Shown in pieces: positions 1 through 15,747 of a stretch of 64,000 nucleotides of DNA (the stretch's first letter is position 1; each line of letters opens with the position of its first letter). The translations under genes and the position numbers were made by a program. The notes under the pieces were generated by a model. The model was not told the origin of the DNA. It searched no databases and saw only the letters and a list, made by a program, of their open reading frames with translations. Origin of the DNA: Paramecium tetraurelia (taxonomy: Eukaryota); assembly GCA_000165425.1 (NCBI GenBank), contig CT868540.1:124001-188000 (forward strand), given 5' to 3'.

Positions 1-1444
1 CAACTTTGTCACTCCTAACATTAAACAGCATTTAATTTATGAGATCAATCGAGAAACTGATGAAGATAGAATGTAAGGATTAATAGATTAAGCTGATTTT
101 TATCATGTCTAAATGAGACATTCCTAATAAATTAACAATAGTTTTATAATGCATTTTGGAGCAGTCTATTGGAGATTATTAAAGGACTTATCTTTTATTC
201 TATGTTTGGTAATTGTCATTCTCTTGATTTTTATGCATGACATAGTGGTCAATAGTAAAATAGGTTCTAATCAAGAAGCACCTGAATCCGAAACAAAATC
301 TCAAGGATAGAATTTCGTAAGTTATCTTAATAATGTAATATATGTATTTATTACTTTAGATTATAACCATCATCTAATTAGTATTGAATCTAATCATAGT
401 ATTCTTTTGCGCAATAGAAAGATACCCAATATCAATTACATATAATAGAGGTGAAACTAATGCAAAAAGAGTTCAGATCTTAAAAAAAGAAGCTGGATTC
501 TCAATAGCATGGTTAACAATGAAGTATTACACTATTATTGGATATTTTGAATCTGAATTTTAAGGATAGAAAGTTAATGAAAGTACATTAAAGAAGCTTA
601 TTCTCGTTACATTTTTTGATTTTGATAACTTTTACAATGTAAATGTATTTTATAATTTAGATTTGCATTTTCGGATTGACAGTGTATGCATTCTTTAATC
701 CATATATTTATGCTGTGCTACTGTTAGATATCATTAAGAGATCTGAAGATCTTCAGAACATCATAAAATCAATCACATCTAATGGACGTAATTTAGCTAT
801 TTTCTCTTTTCTTGGCTTTATCGGATTATTAATTTATGCTATAATTGCATTCTCAAACTTTGATTGGATGTTTAATGACGAGGACGGTGTTTATGGTTAA
901 ACATTCATCTTAGCTGTCACATCCACCATAAATTTTGGTCTACGTAGTGGTTTGGGAGATTCAATGAAAACATATCCTGAACCTTACGAAGATCCAACTT
1001 TATATTGGGGAAGGTACTTTTTTGACTTCTCGTTTTTCATTATTTTTAATATTTTGTTTATCTAAATAATCTTTGGTATTATTTTAGATACTTTTGGTGA
1101 ATTGAGAGATGAAAGATAGGCTTTGGTGAAGGAAATCGAAGGAAAATGTTTTGTTTGCAGTCTAGATAAAAATGATATTGATACCAAGTAATATAGAATT
1201 CTATACATTTAGTGGCACAAGGGGATGGCATTATCATATATATTTAGAACACAGTGTATATCATATGCTCTACTATATCATCTATATAAAGAATAAAGAT
1301 CCGAATGATTGTAATGCTTTGGAGAAGTACGTGAACAAGTGTATAGAAGGGAAGGAAACTGCTTTTTTTCCATTTGGGAGAGCTCTATAAATAGAGGATT
1401 AGAATAATGAGGAAGAAGAAACTGATGAGCAAAGCGAATCCTGA
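1..1444 (+). CDS. IP3 receptor / ryanodine receptor-type Ca2+ release channel, C-terminal channel region (5'-truncated by window)
   Basis: Ciliate-code translation gives TM helices, a pore loop INFGLRSGLGD, YFFDFSFFIIFNILFIQIIFGIILDTFGELRDE, and the zinc site CFVC...HIYLEH followed by YMLYYIIYIKNKD..NALEKYV. Introns at 335-359, 639-660 and 1188-1212; TGA at 1442-1444. Confidence 0.93.
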
Positions 1445-1706
1445 TATTAAAATCGTATTCATTTATATTATCCTAAAACATAAAAATATTATTTAGAACT
1501 CTACTCTATTTAGGTGCGATCTTTAGATAGCTAATTATCAAATGTAATCTTCTCGCAAAATCAGTAATTTTCAATTTTGATTTATTTCAATGTATACATC
1601 ATCGGTTTGATGTTACTTTGAAATATATTCAATAAGGAGCTATTTAACATAATAAGTAAATTTGAATTAGATGAAATATTTATTTATTAAATTTTATTAT
1701 CGAAAA

Positions 1707-3098
1707 ATGAATTCGCCTAGCATTCCCAACAAAATAATTAATAATTAATTTGTTCTGAAGAAAAAATTATCGGCTGGATCATATGGAGTTGTTTTTGAAG
1801 CTGAAGATTTATTAAAAAAATAATTAGTGGCTGTTAAAATAGAGAAAAAAGAAAAGAATTCAACACTTGACCGTGAAATACATATTCTCACTAGATTGTT
1901 AGGCACACAAGGTGTTCCAAAGCTAATTTGGAGTGGAATAGATAACAATTCCAACATACTCGTTTAACAATTGCTGACAAAGGATATTGGGGCATATTTA
2001 AAAGAATATCGAAAATTTTCATTAAAAACTGTTTTAATTATAACTGATTACCTATTACAAGGGATAAGAAGAATTCATAATAAATCTGTTGTCCATAGAG
2101 ATTTAAAACCAGAAAACATTATGTATCATTAAAAACAAATCTACATTGTTGACTATGGTATCAGCAAGTTATATCGAGATAATAACTTAAAACATGTGTA
2201 TAAATAGTAGATTAATATTTAAATAGTCCATTTAAAGAAAGTCGATCATTTGTAGGAACCACAAGATATGCTTCAATAGCTGCTCATAAAGGTCAGGAAC
2301 TAGGAAGAAAAGATGATCTTGAATCTTTGATATATATAGATATTCTATTATTAAAAGGGTATTATGAGCATATTAAGTTAGAACAAAGAATTTTACCATG
2401 GTAGAACATGCTAGGTTAAAATAACAAGGAAAGATAGAAATAAGTTGGAGAAAAGAAGATGAAAATGACTCCAGCAGAAATCTGTGTTGATCTACCCATT
2501 GAATTTTCGAAAGCCTTAGAGTAATAATAAAATTAATGTTATAGATATATAAGATCATTGAAGTATCAAAGTGACCCAGATTACGATTACTTAATTTAAC
2601 TCTTTAGAAAGTTAGCTTAATCTCGAAAAATTGAATATGATGATGTGTATGACTGGACTTCATAATCGAATTAGTCTTCATCAAATAATTAAAAATAGGA
2701 AACTACAATCAAATAAATATCCTCTTTGCAATAATTCGAAAGATCTCCAATAACTATGCAAAATAAGTGGTAATTCTTTCTGCTCTATTATAGCTAATCA
2801 CTAAAAGTGCCTTCAACACTTGATGTTTTATAAGATAGAAAAAGATCACTTTAGAACACATCCTATTTATAGTAAGTATAAGATGAATTAGATAAATCCA
2901 TCTAAAATACTTACATGCTTAGCTAAGTTGCAAATGATTATGATTCGAAACAGGATTATGTTTCTGAAGATGATATTAATGATACGCTTTTCTTAAGATA
3001 CAATTAGTTAAAATCTTAAATCTTATAAATGTATCTCTTAATTCCTTATTTAGACATCACACGAAGAAAAATTTAGAATCAAAATTAGTATGAGATGA
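1707..3098 (+). CDS. Casein kinase 1 family Ser/Thr kinase
   Basis: LSAGSYGVVF, VAVKIE, HRDLKPEN, DYG, FVGTTRYASI, RKDDLESL, LPWQ and PDYDYL motifs, with several short GT-AG introns. Confidence 0.92.
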
Positions 3099-3703
3099 AG
3101 TTATGATATTTTCAAATATACTTAATAAATTCTGAATATTAATGATAATTTTTTCATATAACAGATTATTAAGAGGCTTATTATATGTTATTTAATAAAC
3201 CTTATAATTATTAATAAACCAACCAAAAAGTGGCAGATCTATGAATTGTAAATTTCTATTAAGAGAAATATAAATATATTACTTCTATGAGAAGAATAAT
3301 AATTTCGGTTTAATATAGTTTTTTACAATACTTATGTAACCAATAATTTACATTATTTATAGAAATAATTTTATTATTGAATATAAAATATTATTTTCTT
3401 ACAAGAGAATGTTCAGAAATGAGAATAATTAAAAAAGATTAAATTTCATAGTCTCAATTATATACTTTCTCATTTTCCATAATGGCTTAATATATAAATT
3501 GAAATATGTAACATTAACAATGTTGATGACTCAAAATTATATATAAAAACCAATTATTTATTTAGATTTAAACGATTATTCTTCTACTGTTATTCATAAA
3601 TTGTATTCAACACTAAATTCAATCAGTTTTATTAGTTTATTATGTTCTGATTTTACTTACTAATATTTTATAAAAATTACCCTAGTACTTTAGGATAATA
3701 CAA

Positions 3704-5401
3704 ATGTTAAATAAGTTAACCCTTAGCTTCAAGTCAGAGACAATAGAATAAGAATTCAGAGAAAACCAATAATAAAAAATAAAAGAAGAGTTTAAATTAT
3801 TCACTATATAATGTTTGGTATAAATAACATGCTAATGAAGTTGTACTTCCCTTTTTATGTATTGACCTACTTTTAATCATAATACTTTAATTTGGCTAGT
3901 GTTTTGATAATTTTTATAATCACTGGGGTGGTTGTATTGTTTAAATTGATAATTGACAATTTTCCAAATTGGATCAATATAATATTGCCTATTTTATAAA
4001 TTTTGTTTGCTCTCATATGGAGTGCGGATAATTTATAGTCAGAATAATACATAACAAAATACTCTTGGTTTTATGGATTTTAATCTTTTTATTTTCATTA
4101 TGGTACTTAATTTATATACAATAGCCATTATGTAGCAAGGATATTAAATTTTACCTTAGACTCTAAGCTTGTTAGGATTATATGTGTATTTCCTAATCTT
4201 GTTTGCTAATGATACCTTGGAATTTATAGCATTAAGTCTGACATAGATTAGCGTGATTATAGGTCTTATATTTTTAAAATATACAAATTTAAAGCTTAAG
4301 AGATCGCAATTTATTGATCATAGAGAAAGAAACAAATGGATAAAAATTATAGAATAGATAGTAGATTATCAATTGATTGTGGTTTAATTTGATAAAAGAC
4401 AAGATCAAATCATAATGAAATAAATTAATGATGAAACCAAAGAGAAATTTTAGATTAAAGACAATCAAGATCTAAGAAAAATTTTAAGAGATGTTTAAAT
4501 ATTCTTATAACTCTAGATGTAAATTATTACTAGTGGAACTTCTCAAAGCAAACCGAGAAAAGAATCCTTAGAAAAGGCTATTCGAGATTAATTTTGCCAT
4601 AACTATTAGCAACTAGTACCATCCTACGACGTTATTTCCAATATTTTGAAATAGGAATTCAGAGTTAAATTAATTCAATATATACTTTAAGAAGTTTAAT
4701 GTGTTATCCTAGCTTTCGATTGTTAGTCAAGATAGGAGATAAAATCAACATTATTGAATCAAAAACTGTCCGAAAATATATTTCTTCAATACTCTTCAAA
4801 CGTACTCTCTAGCATATGTAATTATCATAATAAGTTGGGTATATTACAATAAATAGTTAATTTACAATTTTATCGTATATGGGTGGATAATAAAAGGTTG
4901 ATTACTTAAAAAACTCAAATAAAGCTTCCGTCTCTAATTTCATAATTGTAAAATACATTATAAAGAAAGATTAAATTAAAATAGAGTTTTGAATTTAATG
5001 ATTCTTTTTCTTTAAATTTTAATGCATTATAAATGGTTCTAGTTGGATTAACATAATTTGTTGATCATAACTTTTAGGTGGCAATTAAATTGAATAATCA
5101 AATTCTTTTTAATCATCTAACATTTAAGATTGAAACTAAAAAGACATTAGTTCCAATTTAAACTTGCAGCTTAATATAAAGAATGTTAGATTTTGATGAT
5201 AACAATTGGATCAAAAATAAATAAAAAATTACTGAATGTATCAAAATTTTATCAGACAAAAAACAATCAAATCAAGATGTGTTTTTGTTCCCTTTCATTA
5301 TGTGCTCATATTTTTTGAATTCATCTTTTAATTAAAGTAAATTGCGATTTTCAAGAAAAAAAGATCAAAGATAAAAAGTCACTTTCGAAATAATCATATG
5401 A
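3704..5401 (+). CDS. Multi-pass membrane protein, possibly a degenerate sensor histidine-kinase-like protein
   Basis: Starts MLNKLTLSFKSETIEQEF, followed by several hydrophobic segments (about 3800-4290) and a soluble region ending ...KVTFEIII*. Internal exon structure not fully resolved. Confidence 0.6.
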
Positions 5402-6022
5402 TTGAATGATTAGTCTTATTTTCTAAAACTCTATATTTAAATAAAAAATAATAAAAGTTCAATTTATTCTAAAATAAATTATGATTCAAATAATAAAGAT
5501 ATGATTAAGTTTGTAATTAATAGTCTTTTTGAAATAATAATTATTTCTTTTTGTTATGCATTTTATATCCGCTAAACAATCATTCTCAAGGGAACAACAA
5601 ATGAGTCTTCAATTAAGAATGAGTGTTCTTAAGTAAATAATAATAATTATTATATAAATTTTGATAAAATATGAGCTAACTAAATTTAATTGATCTATAA
5701 GATTAGATATTCGCTTTAATAGTGTTAACAATCTCCAGATATTTACTTAATTGCACTCAGATATCAACTTATAATATTAAATCATGAAAAAACATTAAAT
5801 GGACAATATAATAGATATTTTTTCGAAATCACTAGAAAACCTTATCGCTCTAATTTGATTATTTAAAAAATATATGTTTAAAGAATCATTAAATGGGAAT
5901 GATATTAGGTCAGAATTCAAATATTGTGTACATTTTTGGAATTTTATTATAATTTTATTTAATAAAAGTAAAAGAACGATATTAGAAATACGTATTAGTA
6001 CAAATTTGAATACAATATATTG

Positions 6023-6515
6023 TCATTTGATTTCAGCTGTCTTAGTTTTTCTCAGAGTCAGCAATTATTCTTCCATAACTATTTGAGGAATTTGAGATCT
6101 TCTTCTATTTTTATCAACTTAAATAAATTGATCTACAACTCTAAATTAAACCCAAGCTTTTCCTTGCATCAATTCATCCAGCTACATTCAAACACATGTT
6201 ATACTTCTTCATTAATTTCTTATTCAGTATATCCAGTTTTCTTGACGATTTTCCAAAAAGTCAACCACTCTTAAATCGTGATATCCCCAGAATTATCGAA
6301 ATCGACGGCTTTGAATAGAGCATCTGTATTGATTTTAGCAAAGTTAGACTACCTAAAGAAAGGGATAAAGAGAATAAATACCAAAACTATTGAGTTGTTT
6401 TCTTGTCAATAACTCCTTTATTCTCTTTATCAATTTTTTAGAATATTTGAACAGCTTTTAGTCTTAGAGATGCTGATAAATCAGTTCCATGATGCATAGA
6501 TGAACAAAGTCCCAT
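6023..6515 (-). CDS. Small EF-hand Ca2+-binding protein with N-terminal acylation motif
   Basis: MGLCSS..., EF loops DKENKGVID and DFDNSGDITIQEW; two short introns; TGA at 6025-6023. Confidence 0.85.
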
Positions 6516-6859
6516 ATAATTTTTAATTTATATAATAAGTAATATTTTATATATTGAAAGCTATAAATTGATGATTATTCAAATTGAACTAACTTTTCAT
6601 GAATTTTATTCAACTTAATTTTTTGAATCATTGAATGATATTTGATTTTCAAAAAAATAACTTTTGAAATCATTATCAATATTTATATAAAATATACATT
6701 ATTAAATATCCACTCCTAAAATTCAATAAATTTATTAGAATATAATTGCATTAAAGATATATTTATATCTAGTATATATTAATCTTACTAAAATATGATG
6801 ATATTAATGAGAATCAATTTAAAGTGTATATAACTTAAATAGGTTTTATAACACAATAA

Positions 6860-7996
<1,137 letters not shown>

Positions 7997-8010
7997 AATA
8001 GAAAATATAT

Positions 8011-9339
8011 TCAAATAAATAAATGGGAATAATGTTAAAATATAGCATATAATTATCTTTACATACAGGCACCATTCTTCCTATAATGCATATCTTCCCT
8101 ATGCTAATGATTTAGTATGACTTTGTTTCTTAATCCGAATTTTTGGGTTCTATTTGTATTCCTTAATTGTTCGCGTAATTTGGCATTAATGTCTTCAGGA
8201 ATATATGGATACCTAAGACGATTGCTCACTTAGACCTCATAAGGCAATTTATAAATTGTGTTATCTGTTAAATCATAATTCCTCCTCTCCTTGGAATATG
8301 ATGACAAAGAAGAACTCACAACTCTGAATCCATCTGCTCTTTTACCATTTTAAGATTTGACTAATTTTTAATGCTTAGGAGTATTAATTTGGTGTTAGAA
8401 TTCGTCATTCTTCTACAACAGGATTTCTACTTGTTCTGTAACTGTATAGACAACTTGTTTTTTAACTTATACTCCTCTTATTGAGTTTGGATTGCTGCTT
8501 AGCAACTCATTTCTACTCAGAACAGGTAAATTCATGTAGTTTAATAGTTATGGACAGAGTGTTTTAATATCTACATTGTTCTTTTTCATTTGATCTCTCA
8601 ATGATTCGCAGCTAAACTATTTTATGGGGGATTCATCAGACTCCAAAATGCCTAACAATCCTCTCTCATGGAAATAATACTGTTCCTCACTTTAACCTAA
8701 GTAGTAATAATTTAAAGCAAATTTTTCATAGATTTGCAATTCATATTCCTTACTCAACCAAGCGTATTACAAGGCTTTTTTCAATAAGATTAAAGCCTCA
8801 CTATTCAATTTTACTTCAGTTGCACAATTAGCCAACCCAATCAAGGCTTTGGCTTTTTCAGCATGATTCTTTGTGAGTGTATTAAATATTCTCTCAAATT
8901 ATAAAAGTTCATTACGTATTAATTATAATAGTAACAAGCATTATTATAATCTTTTATTTTAAGAAGGATGTCTGCTGTCATACAAACAATGGCTCCCAAT
9001 TATTACAAGTTTCCACTGTCCACGATGTAACTCAATTAGATTTTGAATTCTAATTATATATCAGATGATGTTACAATTCATATAAAGTTCTGATTGTCTC
9101 CACGTCAATTATTCTATTATTGGTTTTGTAAACAATAAAATAATATTAACATTCTGATGCAGGTTTGAAGTTATTTGGATACTTTTGCGTTATTCTTTTT
9201 ATTTCTCTGAAACTTCCCTTTAAATTGGATTTGTTTGACTAATATCTAATTATTTGTATTGTATCGAACGAGATCTCAATTTATTTTATGTGAAACTGAA
9301 GCTCGTGCATTTAGTTGTTAGAAAAGAATCTCCATTCAT
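8011..9339 (-). CDS. Hypothetical protein with a TPR-like helical segment
   Basis: Reading frame MNGDSFL... to ...HLFI*; the central KAKALIGLANCA...LKKALQYAW...IYEKFALNYYYLG segment resembles TPR helices. Confidence 0.6.
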
Positions 9340-9619
9340 AATAATTTATTACACAAAATAATGGAATTTTATAATTATTGATTCTTTCTTCTTTGAAAAT
9401 TAATTAACTATAATCTGATTGAAACTACAAATCATAAATAATCATCGAATTGTTACATTAAATTCTTTCGAATTCTAATAATTATCAAGTAACCACTATG
9501 TTAAATAAATAAAAATGAGCCAATTCTACAATGTTCTGAAATTAATAGTGTGATACAATAAATATAATACACTAATAGTTTGAAATAACACTTATAAGAA
9601 CGTTAAAAAATTATTAAAT

Positions 9620-10676
9620 ATGAATTAATATGATCGAATTAGACCTATTGTATTTTAAAAGGCTTCAGAAGTTAACTATATTAGATCTAATTCGTCGGCT
9701 GTTCGATCATCTCCACTCAGATAAAAATTGGATCAATCTTTCGATTTGTAAGCAGATTCAACCAAAAATCAAACTAACACAACATTGAAAGACATCAGTA
9801 ATTATAAAAAGCTGTATGTGAGTGAATCATGTTAAAATAACAGTAAAGAAAACCAGCTCTCTGGCAAAAATTTCTCCTTCCGATTGGAAGAAACCTCTTT
9901 TTTGAAATAACGAATTAAACAACTTGAAACTCTTAATACAAACCACATCTCTGAAAATAAAAAGTTGGCCCATGTTTTAGACTAATAAATACAATAACAT
10001 TAATAACTTTAAGAATAATATTAATAGAAAAATTAAATAATAAGAAAAATAGAAGATGTATAAAAAGCAAACAAATACTAATTAACAAGTAACACAGAGC
10101 TCAAACAACTAAATGAACAATTAGTTATGTCCAAGTAGGTTATTAGTAATTTAGAGGAGAAAATGCAACTTATTCTACAGGATAATCAAAAATTGAGTTA
10201 AGAAAATGACAGATTTCAGTTCCAGGATCAACAGTTAAAAATCTAATTAGATAAGTATAAGAGCAGGTGCTCAATTTTAGAGACCAAATTGAAATAAACA
10301 CAGTAATATAAAATAATATTGTAGAGATGAATCATAATGTTTAGAATTACAGCGAAAAATTAAAAAATAGAATGAAGATATTGAGTTATTGTAAAGGGAG
10401 AACAATGCTATGAAAGAATAATTGAATTAAAATAATAATATTATTTAACTTCAAGAGAAAGACAAATAACCATCTCAAAATGTGTAATATTGATTATTAG
10501 ATTATAGAGACAAATATAGGGAAACGATTTAAGAATTAGATTGCGAAAATAAATATTTATTAAAAGTAATAGAGATCGATTAGTAGAAGATGAAGAACCT
10601 AGAAGAGAAGCTGAATTTATTGACAAAGGAAAATCAGAGATTGACAGATATAGTAAAGAATCGTCACAAATAATGA
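9620..10676 (+). CDS. Hypothetical coiled-coil protein
   Basis: MNQYDRIRP..., Q/E/K/L-rich heptad-like sequence, ends ...IVKNRHKQ*. Confidence 0.7.
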
Positions 10677-10744
10677 CATCTAATTCTTACTTTTATTGTT
10701 ATTTTTTATTTAAAATTGCTTAAAATTGATATACGATTGTAAAA

Positions 10745-11409
10745 TCAATATCTGTAAACTGAACCATAGCCAAATGTTGGAGCTGCATAGCTGTAGGTTG
10801 GAGCATAACCATAACCATAACCATAGGTTGGTGCAACAACGCTTGTTCTAACAGGAGCTACTGGAGCAACATAGCTGTAAGAAAGAGGTGATGCATAGGA
10901 AACTGGAGCAGGAGGGGCTCTTCTGACCTATTAAATTATTGAATAAATCAAATACTTCTCTTTCATATTCTAAATAATCCACTCTTGGGACATTCTTCTC
11001 AACAGGAACATAATCGATTTATTTCTCATAAGACACTTATGGGACATATTCCTTTTGATATTCAACAGGGTAGTAATCTGTAACCCACTTCTATCTTGGT
11101 ACCTAATGTTTTTTGCAATCTTCATACCTAAACAGTTCTGACTTCCTCTTCCAATTCAACAACTGGCTTTTGATATGGGACATATTCAACTCTGGATTCT
11201 CCTCTGATTGGTGAATATTGAGGTGCTGCATAGGAAACTGGTGCGGCGTATGAGATTGGAGCAGCATAGGAAACTGGAGCGGCATAAGACACTGGAGCAG
11301 CATATCCAACTAAAGGTTATTTGAATCATTTCTAACCTGGCAATGGTCTTGCTATTGAAGTTGCTAAGGGAGAAGCATAGGAGACACCTAATGGAGCATA
11401 TGAGTACAT
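10745..11409 (-). CDS. Epiplasmin (ciliate cortical skeleton protein)
   Basis: Central domain IRGESRVEYVPYQKPVVE...VTDYYPVEYQKEYVPQVSYEKQIDYVPVE matches the epiplasmin core; flanked by Y/A/P/V-rich repeats; two short introns. Confidence 0.88.
11221..11304 (-). repeat. Coding tandem repeat of 18-nt units encoding YAAP(V/I)S, about 4.7 copies
   Basis: Translation YAAPVS-YAAPVS-YAAPIS-YAAPVS-YAAP, with synonymous differences between units. Confidence 0.9.
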
Positions 11410-11713
11410 CTTGTTATAATTATTAAAGTAAATAAAATTTATTGTTGTTTAATTTATATGCCAAAATAATACTACGAATATTTAATTATGTTTTATATAA
11501 AAAGTGTCGAAACAATAGTAATTATAATAACAATTATAAGAAAAGAGAATTAAATTTTGTTTTAATTAATAATTTTATTGAAGTTGGTTTCCTCAATTTT
11601 ACGATATTTATTAGGTAGCTTTTCGAATTATATAATATAGAACTTGCGTGACTTATTATAACAAAAAATGTTATTTAAAAATCATTATATTTATAATAAT
11701 CAATTTTACAATA

Positions 11714-13646
<1,933 letters not shown>

Positions 13647-13847
13647 TATATTCAAAATTGCTAATTATTTAGTAATAATAAATAATTTTCTTGATTATTT
13701 CAATTTGTTTTCTGTCTAATATAAACCCTCATAGAAATAATTTATTAACATTTATACTTCATTAGCCATATTAATTTTTAGTATCTTATTTTATTTCATA
13801 CAAGTAATTTAGTTATTAAATTGAAAATATTTAATATTTTATTTAAA

Positions 13848-14291
13848 ATGTTTCCGAAATTATAGAATCCAATTTACGATATTTTTAATTTGTTTTATTT
13901 AATCTTTTTACCAATTAGAGATTTCGGAAATGATTATTTGGATTTAACCAAAAAAAATAAATATCAAAAAGATCATATGTTTCTAGACCTTAAAGGACGA
14001 AATATATAGAGACTAGCACAGCCACCTTTTAGACAGCAAATAACTGATAAAAATTAACAAAAAGTTGACACTTCAATATTAAAATTAAAACACGAAAGAT
14101 TTTATCATAGTTCTGTGCCATCTTTACCACCTCTATACATAATTAGACCAATTAGAAAGGAAACAAAGGATCGAGATTATATTAAAGCATAATTTATAAA
14201 AAATTAGTTTGAAAATTATGAAAAGCTATTTTAAACTGAACCAAACTAGCTAAAATTAAATTCTGATTTCTATTTCGTAAGTGAAAAATGA
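13848..14291 (+). CDS. Small hypothetical protein
   Basis: TGA-free frame MFPKLQNPIYD... to ...FVSEK*. Confidence 0.6.
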
Positions 14292-14292
14292 A

Positions 14293-15420
14293 TCAATATC
14301 TTTTACACAAATCATCTAATTCTCTGCTTTTTTATTCTAAAAGTAATCTTAAACTTCTATTTTCCTTCTCTACTTATTCTAATAGTGTTTCATAGTATCT
14401 CTTTATATGCAAAGTTTCTTTTTTTTTTTAATCTTCATACATATAATCATCTTAGTCTTTTTGTTTCTAAAATAATAAAAGTGTCGATTTCAAGCTCTCA
14501 TTCTCAATTATTAAATGCTAATTCGTAGATGAAAGCTATAAGAATATTTTAATTATTATACATCATTTATTTTAAGTGTCATTGATTGCTTAAATTATAA
14601 TAATTGTTCAATTTCACTAAGATTTGACTCTTAACTTCGTTTGTATTAAGCTAGAGCTTCTTCCATTTGTTTTAATTACTATTGAATAGATATTTAATAA
14701 TTTATTTATGAATCTTTGAATTCTTTATTTTTAAGTTCTACTAGCAATTTATTATGATTATTCAATTCAACTATTTGTTCATTCTTTAAATTTAATTCAT
14801 TAATCAATAATTAATTTTCTTCTGTCCTATAAGTTACAATCTAAATGGAATGAATTATAAATATACCTATTCCATATCAGCCAATTTTTTTGTTAATTGA
14901 AACTTCTCTTATTAATTATCACTTGAATCATTTTTATAGAGTATCTGTAAATCTTCTAACTTCGCTTAATATTATCTATGTAACTCCTCTTCCTTTAACT
15001 TAGATCTTCTCTAAATATTCAAATTTCAGATACATTAATCGATTCAATTTCTCTTTTAAATTTGAGAATTTGATTATCCTTATCGATTATCTCCTATTCT
15101 AATTTCTAAATTATGAATTCTTTATCTTTGATCTCGTGATCATCAAAAAATTTGTTAGAGAATCCTTTATCAGGAATATCAACATTTAATAATCTCTCTT
15201 TTAATCTACTATTCTCAATCGATAATTATTAGTTTTCCATTATTTTTTTCTCCAATGGTTATTCCTCATATCATCAGACTCTTCCATCAATTGTTATAAT
15301 TCCTAATTTATCACACTTCTTTTACTTTAAATCCACTTTCTAATTTCAAAGCTCTATCCTTCCATTTTTATACCTCACTTTCATAAGTAATGGCACTTGC
15401 TATTGTGATTATTGTAATGC
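14293..15420 (-). CDS. Hypothetical coiled-coil protein (5' end uncertain, may extend to about 15525)
   Basis: E/K/Q-rich frame ending SRELDDLCKRY*; start codon not resolved. Confidence 0.6.
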
Positions 15421-15747
15421 ATTCAATTAAAACAAAATTTAAAAAGCTGTTAAAAATATTATTTAATAATGTATTCTATGACCCATTAAATAAAAAATAT
15501 AGGAAACCCTAAGGCTACTCATAACATGAGGAACAATATTTGAGAGTAATTAATGGTAATCAACATGTTGATAATTACACAATATTAGATGATAAAATTA
15601 TTAGAATGATATATTGATAGCTAATATGATAACTAATAGAATATCTCTAAATAGAATGGCTAATGGAAACTATTTAATAAATTATAATTGAATATGATCT
15701 TGAATTAATGATAGAGAATTAACGTATCATGAACTATAAACTTATCT

